Sequence record: DRR723986_3403
Length of the DNA stretch: 64,000 bases
Reading direction: 5' to 3' (one strand)
Part shown: positions 18,384 to 28,841 of the stretch, in pieces
How the letters are laid out: each line of letters starts with the position of its first letter
Numbering within the stretch: position 1 is the first letter of the stretch
Program-made: the position numbers and the translations under genes
Notes under the pieces: generated by a model
What the model saw: the letters and a program-made list of their open reading frames with translations, nothing else
Told to the model about the DNA's origin: nothing
Databases searched by the model: none

Positions 18384-20291
18384 TTACTGGTTTCCGGTTC
18401 GGAAACGGTACCAAAATGCGCCGTCGTTGAAACCGATGGCTCGTTTGCTGCCGACAGTGATCCAGCCTGAGTCAGAAAGGGCAATGTAAGTTGTGTTCGG
18501 CTTCAGCCGCGGTAGATCATGGAAGGACAACATTTTCTGCCCCTCCGATGGATGGCCGGGTTCTGGGTCTGATTCCCAAATCACTTTGTCAATGTTACCC
18601 GCTTCATAAAGTCGCAATGTCTTCCCAGTCGACTTGGTGAAATGAATGGGCTTCGAGAAGTGAAACGTCAAACTGGTGTCGCAGGGGACATCCATTTCGG
18701 AAGAAGCCGGTTCTGCTCGTACAAATGCCGGAATGCACATACGCAACCGATGATAGCCCCAGCCTTCCTGGTAGTCGCTCAAGGGAGCTCGCCAAGATGG
18801 TGGCATGTTGGTGCGTTGAGTTGCAAATTCGAACCAGCGGTCATTCAACTGAGCGACAATGTCGGGGCGCTCTGAAGCCAGGTTCTTTGACTCCGCTGGA
18901 TCGTCCTTGATGTTATACAGCCGCCACGGTCCGTCGCTGATGCTCGAAATCTTCCAGTCGCCCCTGGTGAGCCCCTTGCCCGTCTGATTGAAGCACCAGA
19001 ATATCTCGTCGTGAATTGCACGATGCTCTTGAGTTGCATCAGTAAGCACTGGAAGAAGTGAGTTGCCGTACAGCGGTTCCAGTTTTCGCTCACCATGGGT
19101 CTGCGGGTAGGTTGCTCCGGCGATCTCCAGAAACGTTGGGTACAGATCGGTGACGTGGAGTCGCTGAGTGCGAATGGAGCCTGCGTGGTCGTCAGCCAGT
19201 TTCTCTGGCCAACGAACGATGAACGGCACAGAAACGCCGCCCTCATGTGCGCTAGACTTATACCAACGAAACGGTGTGTTCTTGAGATAGGCCCAGCCAT
19301 TGGATACAAACGGACTCGAACCTGCTTGCCAAGGAAGCTGTTGATCGTAAGTGCGAACGCCGTTGCTGTAGGCACCGCCGTTATCTGCCATGAAAATAAC
19401 AACGGTGTTGCGAGCAAGCTGTCGTTCACGCAAGTAGCCCAGCAGCCTGCCCACATTCCAATCAAGTCGGTCGAGCATTCCAGCATAGGCAGCCATCCGG
19501 CGACTCTCCTGTTGCTGGATCCCCGCAGGCAACTCATCCCATCGCCGTACCTCCGCTTCAGGAGGCGACATGACGTAGCGATCATCAACCAGGCCCATCG
19601 CCCGCATGCGCTGGAACCTTTTCTGACGCAGCGATTCCCATCCCTGCAGGTAACGACCGTAATACTTCTCTACATTCTCGCGTGGAGCCTGAAGCGGACT
19701 GTGGGGAGCGTTAAAAGCGAGATAAGCGAAGAAGGGCTTTCCAATCGCCTGTGCGGCATCGATTTGCGCAATCGTTTCATCAGTAAATGCATCCGAGCTG
19801 TACCATCCCCTCGCCACAGGCTCAGGTTTTTGGCGGTTCCGTTGAATTGCAGGCTTGCCACGTTCAACGCCTGACCAGCTATCGATTGCGCCGCCGAGAA
19901 ATCCATAGAACGAATCGAAACCGGCATCGAGCGGGCTGCCAGGCTGATGCCACTTGCCGCTGATCGATGTCAGATATCCAGCGTCACGCATCAAGCGAGC
20001 AACCGGAAGCGATCTTCGAAACCTGTCTGATTGAGAGTGCGTATGCCCTGTCAGCAGACTCGTGCGGGTGACCACGCACATCGGGTTCACGTGGAACTCA
20101 CTGAACCGGATTCCTGCGGATGCAAGCCGATCAAGATTTGGGGTGTCAATTTCACCCCCATAGCACCCCAGATCGGAGTAGCCAACATCATCGGCGACGA
20201 TGAGGAGCACGTTCGGCCGCGCGGTATCATGTGCCGAAACGATACGGGCCAGGAGCATCACAAGAAATGCGAACTCCAAACATCGTTTCAT
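18384..20291 (-). CDS. Secreted arylsulfatase (S1 family) with a C-terminal Ig-like domain
   Basis: RPNVLLIVADDVGYSD, TPNLD, GKWH, APHSPLQ, ADNG and NTPFRWYK; variant active-site motif CVVTR. Start at ATG 20291 with a GAGGTG RBS and signal peptide. Confidence 0.88.
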   Translation of the reverse strand: MKRCLEFAFLVMLLARIVSAHDTARPNVLLIVADDVGYSDLGCYGGEIDTPNLDRLASAGIRFSEFHVNPMCVVTRTSLLTGHTHSQSDRFRRSLPVARLMRDAGYLTSISGKWHQPGSPLDAGFDSFYGFLGGAIDSWSGVERGKPAIQRNRQKPEPVARGWYSSDAFTDETIAQIDAAQAIGKPFFAYLAFNAPHSPLQAPRENVEKYYGRYLQGWESLRQKRFQRMRAMGLVDDRYVMSPPEAEVRRWDELPAGIQQQESRRMAAYAGMLDRLDWNVGRLLGYLRERQLARNTVVIFMADNGGAYSNGVRTYDQQLPWQAGSSPFVSNGWAYLKNTPFRWYKSSAHEGGVSVPFIVRWPEKLADDHAGSIRTQRLHVTDLYPTFLEIAGATYPQTHGERKLEPLYGNSLLPVLTDATQEHRAIHDEIFWCFNQTGKGLTRGDWKISSISDGPWRLYNIKDDPAESKNLASERPDIVAQLNDRWFEFATQRTNMPPSWRAPLSDYQEGWGYHRLRMCIPAFVRAEPASSEMDVPCDTSLTFHFSKPIHFTKSTGKTLRLYEAGNIDKVIWESDPEPGHPSEGQKMLSFHDLPRLKPNTTYIALSDSGWITVGSKRAIGFNDGAFWYRFRTGNQ

Positions 20292-20415
20292 TGCCTTCAC
20301 CTCATGAACCCAACGGCGCCCGATACGTTTGCTACACCAGCCTAACGGAGATTGAATCAGCCGATTCGTATGCCCCACAAACGAGGCGCCCGCCAGTGCT
20401 AGAATCAAGCAAATG

Positions 20416-21726
20416 CTAGGTGCGTTCGCTCATGGGGACCACGTCGCGCTCGGTTGGGCCGGTGTAGATCTGGCGAGGGCGACCAATACGTGAAGTTGGT
20501 GACTGGTGCATCTCGGCCCAGTGTGCGATCCAGCCTGGCAGTCGGCCGATAGCGAACAACACTGTGAACATCTGCGTGGGAAGCCCCATCGCGCGGTAGA
20601 TGATGCCCGAGTAGAAGTCGACGTTTGGATAGAGCTTTCGCTCGATGAAGTACTCGTCCTTCAAGGCCACTTCGGCAAGTTCTTGGGCAACTTGGAAGAG
20701 CGGATCGTCCAGGCCAAGACGCGCGAGAAGTTTATCGCAAGCTTGCTTGATAATTGTCGCCCGCGGATCGAAGTTCTTGTAAACGCGGTGCCCGAAGCCC
20801 ATCAAGCGGAACTCGTCCTTCTTGTCCTTCGCCATGTCAACGTATTTTTTAACGTTGCCACCGTCGTCCGCAATCTGCTGCAACATCTTGATACAAGCTT
20901 CGTTAGCACCGCCGTGCAGCGGGCCCCACAAAGCGCAGATACCTGACGAGATCGATGCAAACAGGTTGGCGTTTGATGAGCCAACGATTCGTACTGTTGA
21001 CGTTGAACAATTTTGTTCGTGATCGGCGTGGCAAATCAACAGAAGGTTTAATGCTTCAACAAAGACCGGATCAACTTCGTAGTCGGATGTTGGCACGGCA
21101 AACATCATCCGCAGGAAGTTCTCGCAGTACGAGAGGTGATTCTGCGGATACATGAACGGCTGCCCGGTGGACTTCTTGTAGCTGTAAGCTGCAATGGTCG
21201 GCAACTTGGCCATCAACCGGTGAATCGAAACCTCAACTTGACGTTCGTCGCGTGGGTCGAGCGAGTCTTGATAAAACGTGGATAGTGCGCCAACGACCGA
21301 GGAAAGGATTGCCATCGGGTGAGCATCTTTGGGGAAGCCGTCGTAGAACCGCTTCATGTCCTCGTGAATCATGGTGTGTTGGCGAATCGACTCGCGAAAG
21401 CTCGAACACTCCGATTCGGTAGGCAGCTTGCCGTAGATCAGCAAGTACGATGCTTCGACGAAGTCACAGTGCTGCGCAATCTGCTCAATCGGGTAACCGC
21501 GGTATCGAAGGACCCCTTTTTCGCCATCCAGGAAAGTAATCCCACTGGTGGTGCTACCGGTATTTACGAAGCCTTCGTCGAGCGTGATGTACCCGGTCTG
21601 ACTTCGCAACTTGGCGATGTCAATTGCCTTCTCATTTTCGGAGCCGACGACAACAGGCAGCTCAACCTGCTGTCCGTCTAGGTGAATGCCAGCGGTTTCT
21701 GTCTCTGTTTTTGTAGCAGATGTCAT
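20416..21726 (-). CDS. gltA: Citrate synthase (type II-like)
   Basis: GVLRYRGYPI, HADHEQNCST, LWGPLHGGAN, LMGFGHRVYKNFDPR and YPNVDFYSG. Start at ATG 21726. Confidence 0.97.
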   Translation of the reverse strand: MTSATKTETETAGIHLDGQQVELPVVVGSENEKAIDIAKLRSQTGYITLDEGFVNTGSTTSGITFLDGEKGVLRYRGYPIEQIAQHCDFVEASYLLIYGKLPTESECSSFRESIRQHTMIHEDMKRFYDGFPKDAHPMAILSSVVGALSTFYQDSLDPRDERQVEVSIHRLMAKLPTIAAYSYKKSTGQPFMYPQNHLSYCENFLRMMFAVPTSDYEVDPVFVEALNLLLICHADHEQNCSTSTVRIVGSSNANLFASISSGICALWGPLHGGANEACIKMLQQIADDGGNVKKYVDMAKDKKDEFRLMGFGHRVYKNFDPRATIIKQACDKLLARLGLDDPLFQVAQELAEVALKDEYFIERKLYPNVDFYSGIIYRAMGLPTQMFTVLFAIGRLPGWIAHWAEMHQSPTSRIGRPRQIYTGPTERDVVPMSERT

Positions 21727-22058
21727 GCAGTAGCTCCGTAAAAGTCCGCCTAGGCAAGCTTGGAAGATGCCGGGTTTAACGGCCCCGAAACGCCCGCTTT
21801 GCCGCAAAGGCCGCAGGCTCGACTTCGTTTCAGTCTGATGAGACACCGGACCGGAAACGTCAGATTCGCGATGAAATTCAACGCACCGCCGCCCGCAAGA
21901 GTCGACTGCAGGGGGCCTACAGCAGTGTACAGGCAGTATAGGCAAACGACAATCAGAGCAGCCTTAGAGTATCGCGATTCGCAGGACTGCGGCGCGAATT
22001 CGCCGGTCCAACCAGGGGCGGAAGAAATCTGCTTCGGCAGCATGCCTGCTGGGCACCG

Positions 22059-23282
22059 CTAGGTATCGTCGCCGAGCTGCTCCTGTTCTCGAGCGGTTTC
22101 TTTCCGAGCGATCTCCTCCAGCCGCTCGATCTCCTCGGCGAGCTGCTCAAGTTCGCGCTGTTTCTCACGATATTGTTCCTGAAGTTTTGCGATTCGCTTC
22201 TCAGGTTTCGTCTTGAGCAGCCTGTGCAGCACCTCAAGCAACATGAAAGCTCGAAGCGCACGCATGGCCACTCCACGCAATCGGTAGACACGAACCAATC
22301 GCGAGAGCTGCTGTAGTTTGCCGAGTTTTGCCAGCCGTGTGGCGCGAAGCAGGCTGAAGGAACGCAAGAAGGAAACCAGCGGCAGCAGAATAATGACAAG
22401 GTCGAGCCAGTGTTTCTTGCAGTAGGCAAATTTCTTGTCCGCCACGCTCACCATGACGATGAACTCAATCGTAAAGGCGAACCAAATCAGACCGGTGCCA
22501 AAATTCAGCAGGAAGCGGATCGTCGGGTAGTCGACGATGTTGTGTTTCGCACTGGCAAAATACAATTGCACGCCGAGGACTGGCAGGATGAGCAGCGCGA
22601 TGAAAATCATCGGCAAACTAAACGCCTTTTCGAGTTCACGTTGCAGTCGGCGATCGACTTGCAGCCAACCGGCTCTCGGGAACCAAATCTCACCGCCTGA
22701 GTCGTCGACGCCCTCGCTGCTGGAAACCCTCCGGCGAGCGCACATGCGCAACGGCGGCGCAACGCAACTCATCCACCACAGTCGACTGGGGCGACTGCCA
22801 TCGCGCAACCGCAGGAATCGATCGACCAATCGTTCCGCAATAAACCCCGGCCACAAGAACAGCATCAAAGTCAGACAAACGACCCCCCACCGATACGCTC
22901 TCTGCTCAAGCTCGATTTCTTCGGGCGTTAGGATCAGCGAAATATCGACCTCGGTCTGCCCTGCCACGTCTTGTTGTTCGGCGACAAGATTTTCAACTTC
23001 ATCAGGGTCAACGACGATCGGAACGTAGATCCACAGAACGAGCAGAATTGACAGCAAGCCGAGAAAGACCACTGAGACGTAAAACATCACCGGATGCGTT
23101 ATCTCAGCGATCTCGTCAGCGCGGAGACTCGTCACAGACTCTCGCTCACTTGCAGAGCTCTCCGAACCTACGCCGTCAGATGCCTCGCTTGGGATATCTC
23201 CTTCGGGAGCATCTTCGCCAGCTCCGTCGGGCGAAGGGCCTCGATCGCCGCTTTTTCCATCGCTGTCATTGGGCAGGTTCAT
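22059..23282 (-). CDS. Ion-transport-family membrane protein consisting of voltage-sensor-like helices without a pore domain
   Basis: S2-like IWFAFTIEF, S3-like HWLDL, an S4-like basic repeat and a C-terminal coiled coil. No TxGYG or other pore segment. Confidence 0.8.
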   Translation of the reverse strand: MNLPNDSDGKSGDRGPSPDGAGEDAPEGDIPSEASDGVGSESSASERESVTSLRADEIAEITHPVMFYVSVVFLGLLSILLVLWIYVPIVVDPDEVENLVAEQQDVAGQTEVDISLILTPEEIELEQRAYRWGVVCLTLMLFLWPGFIAERLVDRFLRLRDGSRPSRLWWMSCVAPPLRMCARRRVSSSEGVDDSGGEIWFPRAGWLQVDRRLQRELEKAFSLPMIFIALLILPVLGVQLYFASAKHNIVDYPTIRFLLNFGTGLIWFAFTIEFIVMVSVADKKFAYCKKHWLDLVIILLPLVSFLRSFSLLRATRLAKLGKLQQLSRLVRVYRLRGVAMRALRAFMLLEVLHRLLKTKPEKRIAKLQEQYREKQRELEQLAEEIERLEEIARKETAREQEQLGDDT

Positions 23283-23433
23283 TGCGGTACGGAATTCGGA
23301 TTACGCGGGGCTGGCTTGAGGCGGCAGGTCACGGGCTAGGCGTGACACTAGCGAAGGCGACTATTGGCATGGCTTTGATTCTGACGTGCCTACGTCATCC
23401 ACTCTAGGGGAACGGCTCGCTTTCGATCAATCA

Positions 23434-23462
23434 TTGTCGATCTTTGCTAGGCAAGCCATAAT
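23434..23462 (+). promoter_or_regulatory. Candidate sigma70 promoter of guaB
   Basis: TTGTCG (23434-23439), 17-nt spacer, CATAAT (23457-23462). Confidence 0.55.
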
Positions 23463-23485
23463 GTCGCCCTTCGCTCATGGCGGCA

Positions 23486-23575
23486 CCCCAAAACATCAGA
23501 CGCTGGTCCACTTTGATGGCCAGCAACATTGCGTGCTCGCCGAGCCGACGCATGCAACCCTGGTCTTAGTTGGGG
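23486..23575 (+). ncRNA. Candidate structured cis-regulatory leader of guaB
   Basis: Nested stems form a three-way junction, and the closing stem includes the RBS (see findings). Confidence 0.4.
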
Positions 23576-23583
23576 AAACCGAA

Positions 23584-25062
23584 ATGGAAGACAAACTAGC
23601 CTACTCCGCCATCACCTTCGATGACGTGCTACTTGAGCCGCGTTACAGCGACTTTATGCCTGCCGAAGTCGACGTCTCGACGCAATTGACCCGAAACATC
23701 CGCCTGAAGACGCCTTTTCTGTCCAGCCCGATGGATACGGTGACGGAGAGCGAGATGGCCATCGCACTAGCTAAAGTGGGTGGTCTGGGAGTGATCCATA
23801 AGAATATGGACGTCGCCGCTCAGGTCGAAGAAGTGACGAAAGTGAAGCGCAGCGCCAATGGCATCATTGTCGATCCAGTCACGCTCAGCCCCGAAGAGGA
23901 CGTCGGACGGGCTCGCGAGGTCATGGACCAACAGAATGTCTCCGGAATACCGATTGTCGAGAACGGCCGTTTAGCTGGCATTTTGACGCGTCGCGACCTT
24001 CGTTTTTTGGAAGTCAGCGAAACTCCAATCAAAAACGTCATGACCCGGGAAAATCTGGTCACCGCAACGGGGACTGTAACGCTTGAAGAAGCTGAGAAGA
24101 TTTTAACGGATAAAAAGGTGGAGAAGCTTTTACTGGTTGACGATCAATACAAACTGACAGGCCTCATCACGATCAAAGACATCGACATGATGAAGCGGTA
24201 TCCGAATGCCTGCAAAGATGCAGGTGGTCGGTTGCGAGTCGGGGCTGCAGTCGGCGTGTTCGATTACGAACGTGCTGAGCAATTGATTGCCCAAGGAGTT
24301 GACCTGCTGGTTGTCGACTCGGCACACGGACACTCATCCAATGTGATCGAGACCGTTCGTGAGCTGAAGCGACGATGGAGCATTGATGTCATTGCTGGCA
24401 ACGTGGCAACACGTGAAGGCTGCAAGGACTTGGTCGACGCCGGTGTTGACGCGGTGAAAGTTGGAATCGGTCCTGGATCGATCTGCACTACCCGAGTCAT
24501 CTCTGGTGTGGGCGTCCCGCAGATAACGGCAATTTACAATGCAACACAAACGGCTGCACCTGCGGGCGTGCCGGTTATTGCCGATGGCGGAATCCGATTC
24601 AGTGGAGACATAACAAAAGCCATTGCCGCAGGAGCAAACGCCGTAATGATCGGCGGCTTGTTCGCGGGACTGGCAGAGAGTCCTGGACGCACCATTTTGT
24701 ATCAAGGTCGAACCTTTAAGGTCTACCGTGGTATGGGATCACTGGGTGCAATGGTCAAGGGCTCAAGTGAACGATATCGACAATCCGGTGAAGACAACTT
24801 GTTGAAGCTGGTACCAGAAGGTGTAGAAGGTCGTGTTCCCTTTAAAGGCGCTCTAGCCGATTACGTCTACCAATTGGTCGGCGGGCTGAGAGCTGGAATG
24901 GGATATTGCGGCACGAAGAGCATCGATGAACTTCGTAAGGATGCGAGGTTCATAAAGATTTCAGCGGCAACTGTCAGAGAGAACCATCCACATGACATTG
25001 CAATTACGCAGGAAGCGCCCAACTACAGCCCTGACTACAACGCCCCGGGAGAATCAAACTGA
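23584..25062 (+). CDS. guaB: IMP dehydrogenase with CBS pair
   Basis: [50 protein letters not shown] and PEGVEG. Start at ATG 23584. Confidence 0.98.
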   Translation: MEDKLAYSAITFDDVLLEPRYSDFMPAEVDVSTQLTRNIRLKTPFLSSPMDTVTESEMAIALAKVGGLGVIHKNMDVAAQVEEVTKVKRSANGIIVDPVTLSPEEDVGRAREVMDQQNVSGIPIVENGRLAGILTRRDLRFLEVSETPIKNVMTRENLVTATGTVTLEEAEKILTDKKVEKLLLVDDQYKLTGLITIKDIDMMKRYPNACKDAGGRLRVGAAVGVFDYERAEQLIAQGVDLLVVDSAHGHSSNVIETVRELKRRWSIDVIAGNVATREGCKDLVDAGVDAVKVGIGPGSICTTRVISGVGVPQITAIYNATQTAAPAGVPVIADGGIRFSGDITKAIAAGANAVMIGGLFAGLAESPGRTILYQGRTFKVYRGMGSLGAMVKGSSERYRQSGEDNLLKLVPEGVEGRVPFKGALADYVYQLVGGLRAGMGYCGTKSIDELRKDARFIKISAATVRENHPHDIAITQEAPNYSPDYNAPGESN

Positions 25063-26557
25063 TTCACCGGAGCTGGGTGGCCGGGCATGGTTTCGACAGT
25101 TGCTTCGCTCCAAGCTTGTTCGCACTGCCGCCTTGCCCGCCGCCATTGTGGCTGCGGCTACCATCTTACCGCGACCGGCTGCGGCCCAAGTGCCTCAGTG
25201 GTCGCCCACTCGCTCGACAGCGCCCGAGCGCCTGCCAGCGGCCAGCAATGCAAAGCCACTGGCTAGCAAGCGAGCCGTGGCAGATTCCGCAAAGACCTCT
25301 CTGGGCGGCGGTGTTGTCCTGAAGTGGAAGCGTTCCAGCGCTGCCCCCAAACAGCAGCCAGCCGGCGAGCAAGCTTCGGCCACGCAGGCATTTGCCAATC
25401 AAAATGCTGCACCAGCGCACCACAGTGAATTTCTGCAGTCCGGTGGCAACCCACTGCGAAGCGGAGAATACTCTGGCCGACGCGACGCGGGCGTTCGACC
25501 CGCCGCCTACCAGGAAGGATTGGGCGATGTCTTTGGCGATGCACCTGCCGGTGCACCAGGTGGCTTCACGCCAGGCGATGCGATGCAGCCCAATGTGATT
25601 TCACCGCAAGACAGATTGCCCGCGTTCCCTGGAAATCCTCCCACGGAACGACTGGAGATGGTGCCGACTCCCGCCAATCCGATGTCAACAAACCCTACGC
25701 CGGCCAACCCTATGCCGACTAGCCCGATGCCAGCACAGGATCCAATGGATATGCCAGAAGCCGCACCAGCTCCTGGCGGCCTGAGCTTGGATGATTTTTC
25801 GGAGGCAGAAGCTGATAGGGCCATGCCCCCGCAGGATAACTACGGCCTGCAGACGATTCCACAACGCGATGGCAACTCTGCGACATGCAAAGAACTTCGC
25901 GAACAAGTTCATTCACGGCCGCTCACGTTGGTCAGCTTGAATCCCTCGCCCAAATACGGACGTGGTGCAGCGCTCGACTTCCGTGATGCTGAACAGGCTC
26001 GCCAAGAACTAGCGTCGCAGTCCAATGTGCGTGACTGGACAGACTACAAAGGCGAGCACCTCGGTACGGGGCGATTCGTTGACCTCAAGGACAACATGGT
26101 TCACATTGAGTACGATGGAATCGTCCGAACGATACCTTACATCGACTTGAGCGACGCAGACATTCAGTATGTTGGTGAATCCTGGAACATTCCAGGACGC
26201 TGCGGCACTGGCTACGAGCAGTACGCAAGTCGTGACTTCATCCCGACTCAAGTCCAGTGGACCGCAAGTGGAGCATGCCACAAGCCAACCTACTTTGAAC
26301 AACCACAGCTAGAACGTTACGGTCACACCGCTGGGCCAGTACTCCAGCCGTTGATCAGTTCGGCGAAGTTTGTCACCGACCTAGCCATACTGCCGTACAA
26401 GATGGGCATCCATCCACCGAACGAGTGCCAATATCCGCTCGGCTACATTCGGACTGGCAATTGTGCTCCATACATGATTCAGCCATTCCCGTGGAGCCTG
26501 CGTGGAGCAGCGGTTCAAGCTGGGGTCGTCACCGGAGCAGCCGCACTGGTTCCATAG
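24992..26557 (+). CDS. Secreted Pro-rich planctomycete protein with an SHD1-like domain and a conserved C-terminal module; true start probably near 25100
   Basis: Signal-like [40 protein letters not shown] (SHD1-like); [14 protein letters not shown]. Confidence 0.75.
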   Translation: MTLQLRRKRPTTALTTTPRENQTDSPELGGRAWFRQLLRSKLVRTAALPAAIVAAATILPRPAAAQVPQWSPTRSTAPERLPAASNAKPLASKRAVADSAKTSLGGGVVLKWKRSSAAPKQQPAGEQASATQAFANQNAAPAHHSEFLQSGGNPLRSGEYSGRRDAGVRPAAYQEGLGDVFGDAPAGAPGGFTPGDAMQPNVISPQDRLPAFPGNPPTERLEMVPTPANPMSTNPTPANPMPTSPMPAQDPMDMPEAAPAPGGLSLDDFSEAEADRAMPPQDNYGLQTIPQRDGNSATCKELREQVHSRPLTLVSLNPSPKYGRGAALDFRDAEQARQELASQSNVRDWTDYKGEHLGTGRFVDLKDNMVHIEYDGIVRTIPYIDLSDADIQYVGESWNIPGRCGTGYEQYASRDFIPTQVQWTASGACHKPTYFEQPQLERYGHTAGPVLQPLISSAKFVTDLAILPYKMGIHPPNECQYPLGYIRTGNCAPYMIQPFPWSLRGAAVQAGVVTGAAALVP

Positions 26558-26619
26558 GCCCTTAGGCAAACAACTTCATGCCCCGGACCTGTTCGAGTTC
26601 AAAGGCTGACGCGTACAAA

Positions 26620-26659
26620 GCCGAGCATTTGCTAGGCCGAGCGTTTGCTAGGCCGAGCG
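26620..26659. repeat. 2.5-copy 16-bp tandem repeat over the stop codon of the small ORF
   Basis: GCCGAGCATTTGCTAG GCCGAGCGTTTGCTAG GCCGAGCG. Confidence 0.85.
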
Positions 26660-26935
26660 GAACCGGAAGACTTGGCGGAAGGTATTCGCAAGATCGCGTG
26701 GTGTCGGCAATGGATTCCCGCGATAATGGTTTCGACGCACTGTGTTGCCGTAGAAGTGCAGCGGTCGATACGGACGCTTCAGTATGTGCGTCGCATCGCT
26801 GCGTTCACGATCTTGCCCGACTTTAACAACTCGGGTGGTCCAGCCTGGCTCCTGGCCTGCCGATGCTGAATTCGGAGCCACCATGCTGAAGGCGGCAAAT
26901 AAAAGTACTACAAAAGCGGTGCGAGCGAGCATCAT
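26648..26935 (-). CDS. Small secreted Arg-rich hypothetical protein
   Basis: AAAGGAG RBS, signal peptide ending in ASA, and an RPYRPLHFYGNTVRR core. Start at 26935 or 26932. Confidence 0.75.
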   Translation of the reverse strand: MMLARTAFVVLLFAAFSMVAPNSASAGQEPGWTTRVVKVGQDRERSDATHILKRPYRPLHFYGNTVRRNHYRGNPLPTPRDLANTFRQVFRFRSA

Positions 26936-27271
26936 TTCTCCTTTCATCAATTGTCTGATGCCACAACCTCACAGCCAGCACGACGGCGGGCGGCGAGGCT
27001 CCTATGTGGCGACAATTAGATTCTTATCCGTAAAGCGAAACTTGGCTGATTAGCCAAGCTCTCATGGTCGCGCAAGAACTGCCGACAAACGTAGCTCGCT
27101 GACTGGTGACCTGCCGGATTTCTTGGCCTAGAATGTCCAGGTTCGCTGTGATGAGCGTTACTCTGTAGCGGTATTGACGATCTTTACGAGCAGCAAGAAC
27201 TTTACGCGCAGCGAAAAAGCGGCCCACTCTAACGGGGGCGGCCAAGCTGCCAGCAGACGAGGCCCGGAGCG

Positions 27272-28813
27272 ATGGTGATGAGAATTTCAGGATGTCAATT
27301 TGCCGTTCACGTTGTTTGCTTCTTTGCACTGCTAGGCTTCTCTCCCCACGGGCTTTGTGCTCAGGATGCACAGCGACCCAATGTGTTGTTCATCGCGGTT
27401 GACGATCTGGCATGTACTCTTGGTTGCTACGGCGATGTCGTGGCCAAGACGCCAAACATTGACCGGCTCGCCTCGCAGGGGGTTTGCTTCACTCGCGCTT
27501 ACAACCAATTGCCTCTGTGCAACCCGACGCGCGCAAGCGTGATGACTGGTCTGCGGCCAGATCGGATTGGTGTCTATGATCTCGATCGCCATTTCCGCGA
27601 CGAAGTCCCCGACGCCGTAACCCTGTCGCAAGTCTTCCAGCAGGCAGGCTACTACGCCGCCCGCGTCGGCAAGATCTACCACTACAACGTGCCTGCATCG
27701 ATTGGGACCGATGGCTTTGACGATCCGCCAAGCTGGAACCAGACAGTCAACCCAAAGGGCAGAGACAAGAGCGAGGAGAGTCTGGTCGTCAATGCCGAGC
27801 CGCATCGAAAAATCAGCGCCGCCCTAAGCTGGCTTGCTGCGGACGGCAAAGCAGAAGAGCAAACCGACGGCATGATTGCCTCCGCCGCCATTGAATTGCT
27901 CAAGCAGGAACGTTCGCAACCACTGTTCTTGGCGGTTGGTTTCTTCCGGCCCCACACCCCATACATTGCTCCGAAGCGATTCTTTGATCTCTACCCACCT
28001 GCATCGCTGCGACTGCCATTCGCTCCTGAGGGCGATCGCGAGGACATCCCGATTGCTGCATTTGCGCACAACTGCCCCGTTCCGAACTACGGTCTCGACG
28101 AAGCAACTCTCCTAAAGGCCACTCAAGCCTACTATGCCTGTGTCTCGATGGTCGATGAACAGGTCGGCCGAATTCTTGCTGCAGTAGAGGCTCTTGGGCA
28201 AGCGGACAATACGATCGTTGTATTCTGGAGCGACCATGGATATCACCTTGGCGAACACGGAGGAGTATGGCAGAAACGCACGCTGTTCGAGAACTCAGCG
28301 CGTTCGCCCCTTATCATCAAGCCAGCTCGTGAACGACTGCCTCAGAATGCAGGTGGGGCGACAAGACCGTCCCGGCGGGTTGTCGAATTCGTTGACATTT
28401 ACCCGACCGTCTGCGAGCTAGCGGGGATCGACTTGGCGAAACAAACCGGAGCGACCGAGAAACTGGTCGAGAGGATCGACGGAAAGAGCCTGGTGCCTTT
28501 GATCGTCAATCCAGACGAAGAGTGGGACTCAGTGGCTGTGACTCAAGTTGTGCGCCCGGCAGACTCAAGACTGGCAAAGGCCGTGATGGGGCGGAGCGTC
28601 CGCAACGAGCGCTACAGGTACACGCAGTGGAACGGTGGCGAGGACGGTGAAGAGCTTTACGACTACCACGCCGACCCGGGCGAGTTTCATAATTTGGCCA
28701 TTGATCCCGACGCGAGAGCCCGTGACGTCATTCGCATTTTGAAAGCTGCGATGTCTGGAAAGGCACTTTCACACATTCCAGACACCGCTGTGATCAATCC
28801 ACCTCGGCTGTGA
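27272..28813 (+). CDS. Sulfatase (iduronate-2-sulfatase/choline-sulfatase-like S1 family)
   Basis: [20 protein letters not shown] (CxPxR), [13 protein letters not shown] and [10 protein letters not shown]; signal peptide. Confidence 0.93.
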   Translation: MVMRISGCQFAVHVVCFFALLGFSPHGLCAQDAQRPNVLFIAVDDLACTLGCYGDVVAKTPNIDRLASQGVCFTRAYNQLPLCNPTRASVMTGLRPDRIGVYDLDRHFRDEVPDAVTLSQVFQQAGYYAARVGKIYHYNVPASIGTDGFDDPPSWNQTVNPKGRDKSEESLVVNAEPHRKISAALSWLAADGKAEEQTDGMIASAAIELLKQERSQPLFLAVGFFRPHTPYIAPKRFFDLYPPASLRLPFAPEGDREDIPIAAFAHNCPVPNYGLDEATLLKATQAYYACVSMVDEQVGRILAAVEALGQADNTIVVFWSDHGYHLGEHGGVWQKRTLFENSARSPLIIKPARERLPQNAGGATRPSRRVVEFVDIYPTVCELAGIDLAKQTGATEKLVERIDGKSLVPLIVNPDEEWDSVAVTQVVRPADSRLAKAVMGRSVRNERYRYTQWNGGEDGEELYDYHADPGEFHNLAIDPDARARDVIRILKAAMSGKALSHIPDTAVINPPRL

Positions 28814-28841
28814 ATCGAGGGTTGGCCATTATCGTCAGTTG

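Noticed and set aside
21835-21858. CTGATGA...GAAAC resembling a hammerhead ribozyme core
   Set aside because: Stem II does not close with the required pair before GAAA, and stems I and III cannot form around a cleavage triplet.
21727-21945. Long N-terminal extensions given by the ORF track (gltA; also guaB 23386, phosphorylase 4700, parA 6524, kdsD 46174)
   Set aside because: Family similarity begins at downstream ATGs, several with better RBSs. The extensions are treated as untranslated leaders.
26620-26659. Possible CRISPR or attachment-site repeats
   Set aside because: The units abut without spacers, there are only 2.5 copies, and no cas or integrase gene is in the window.
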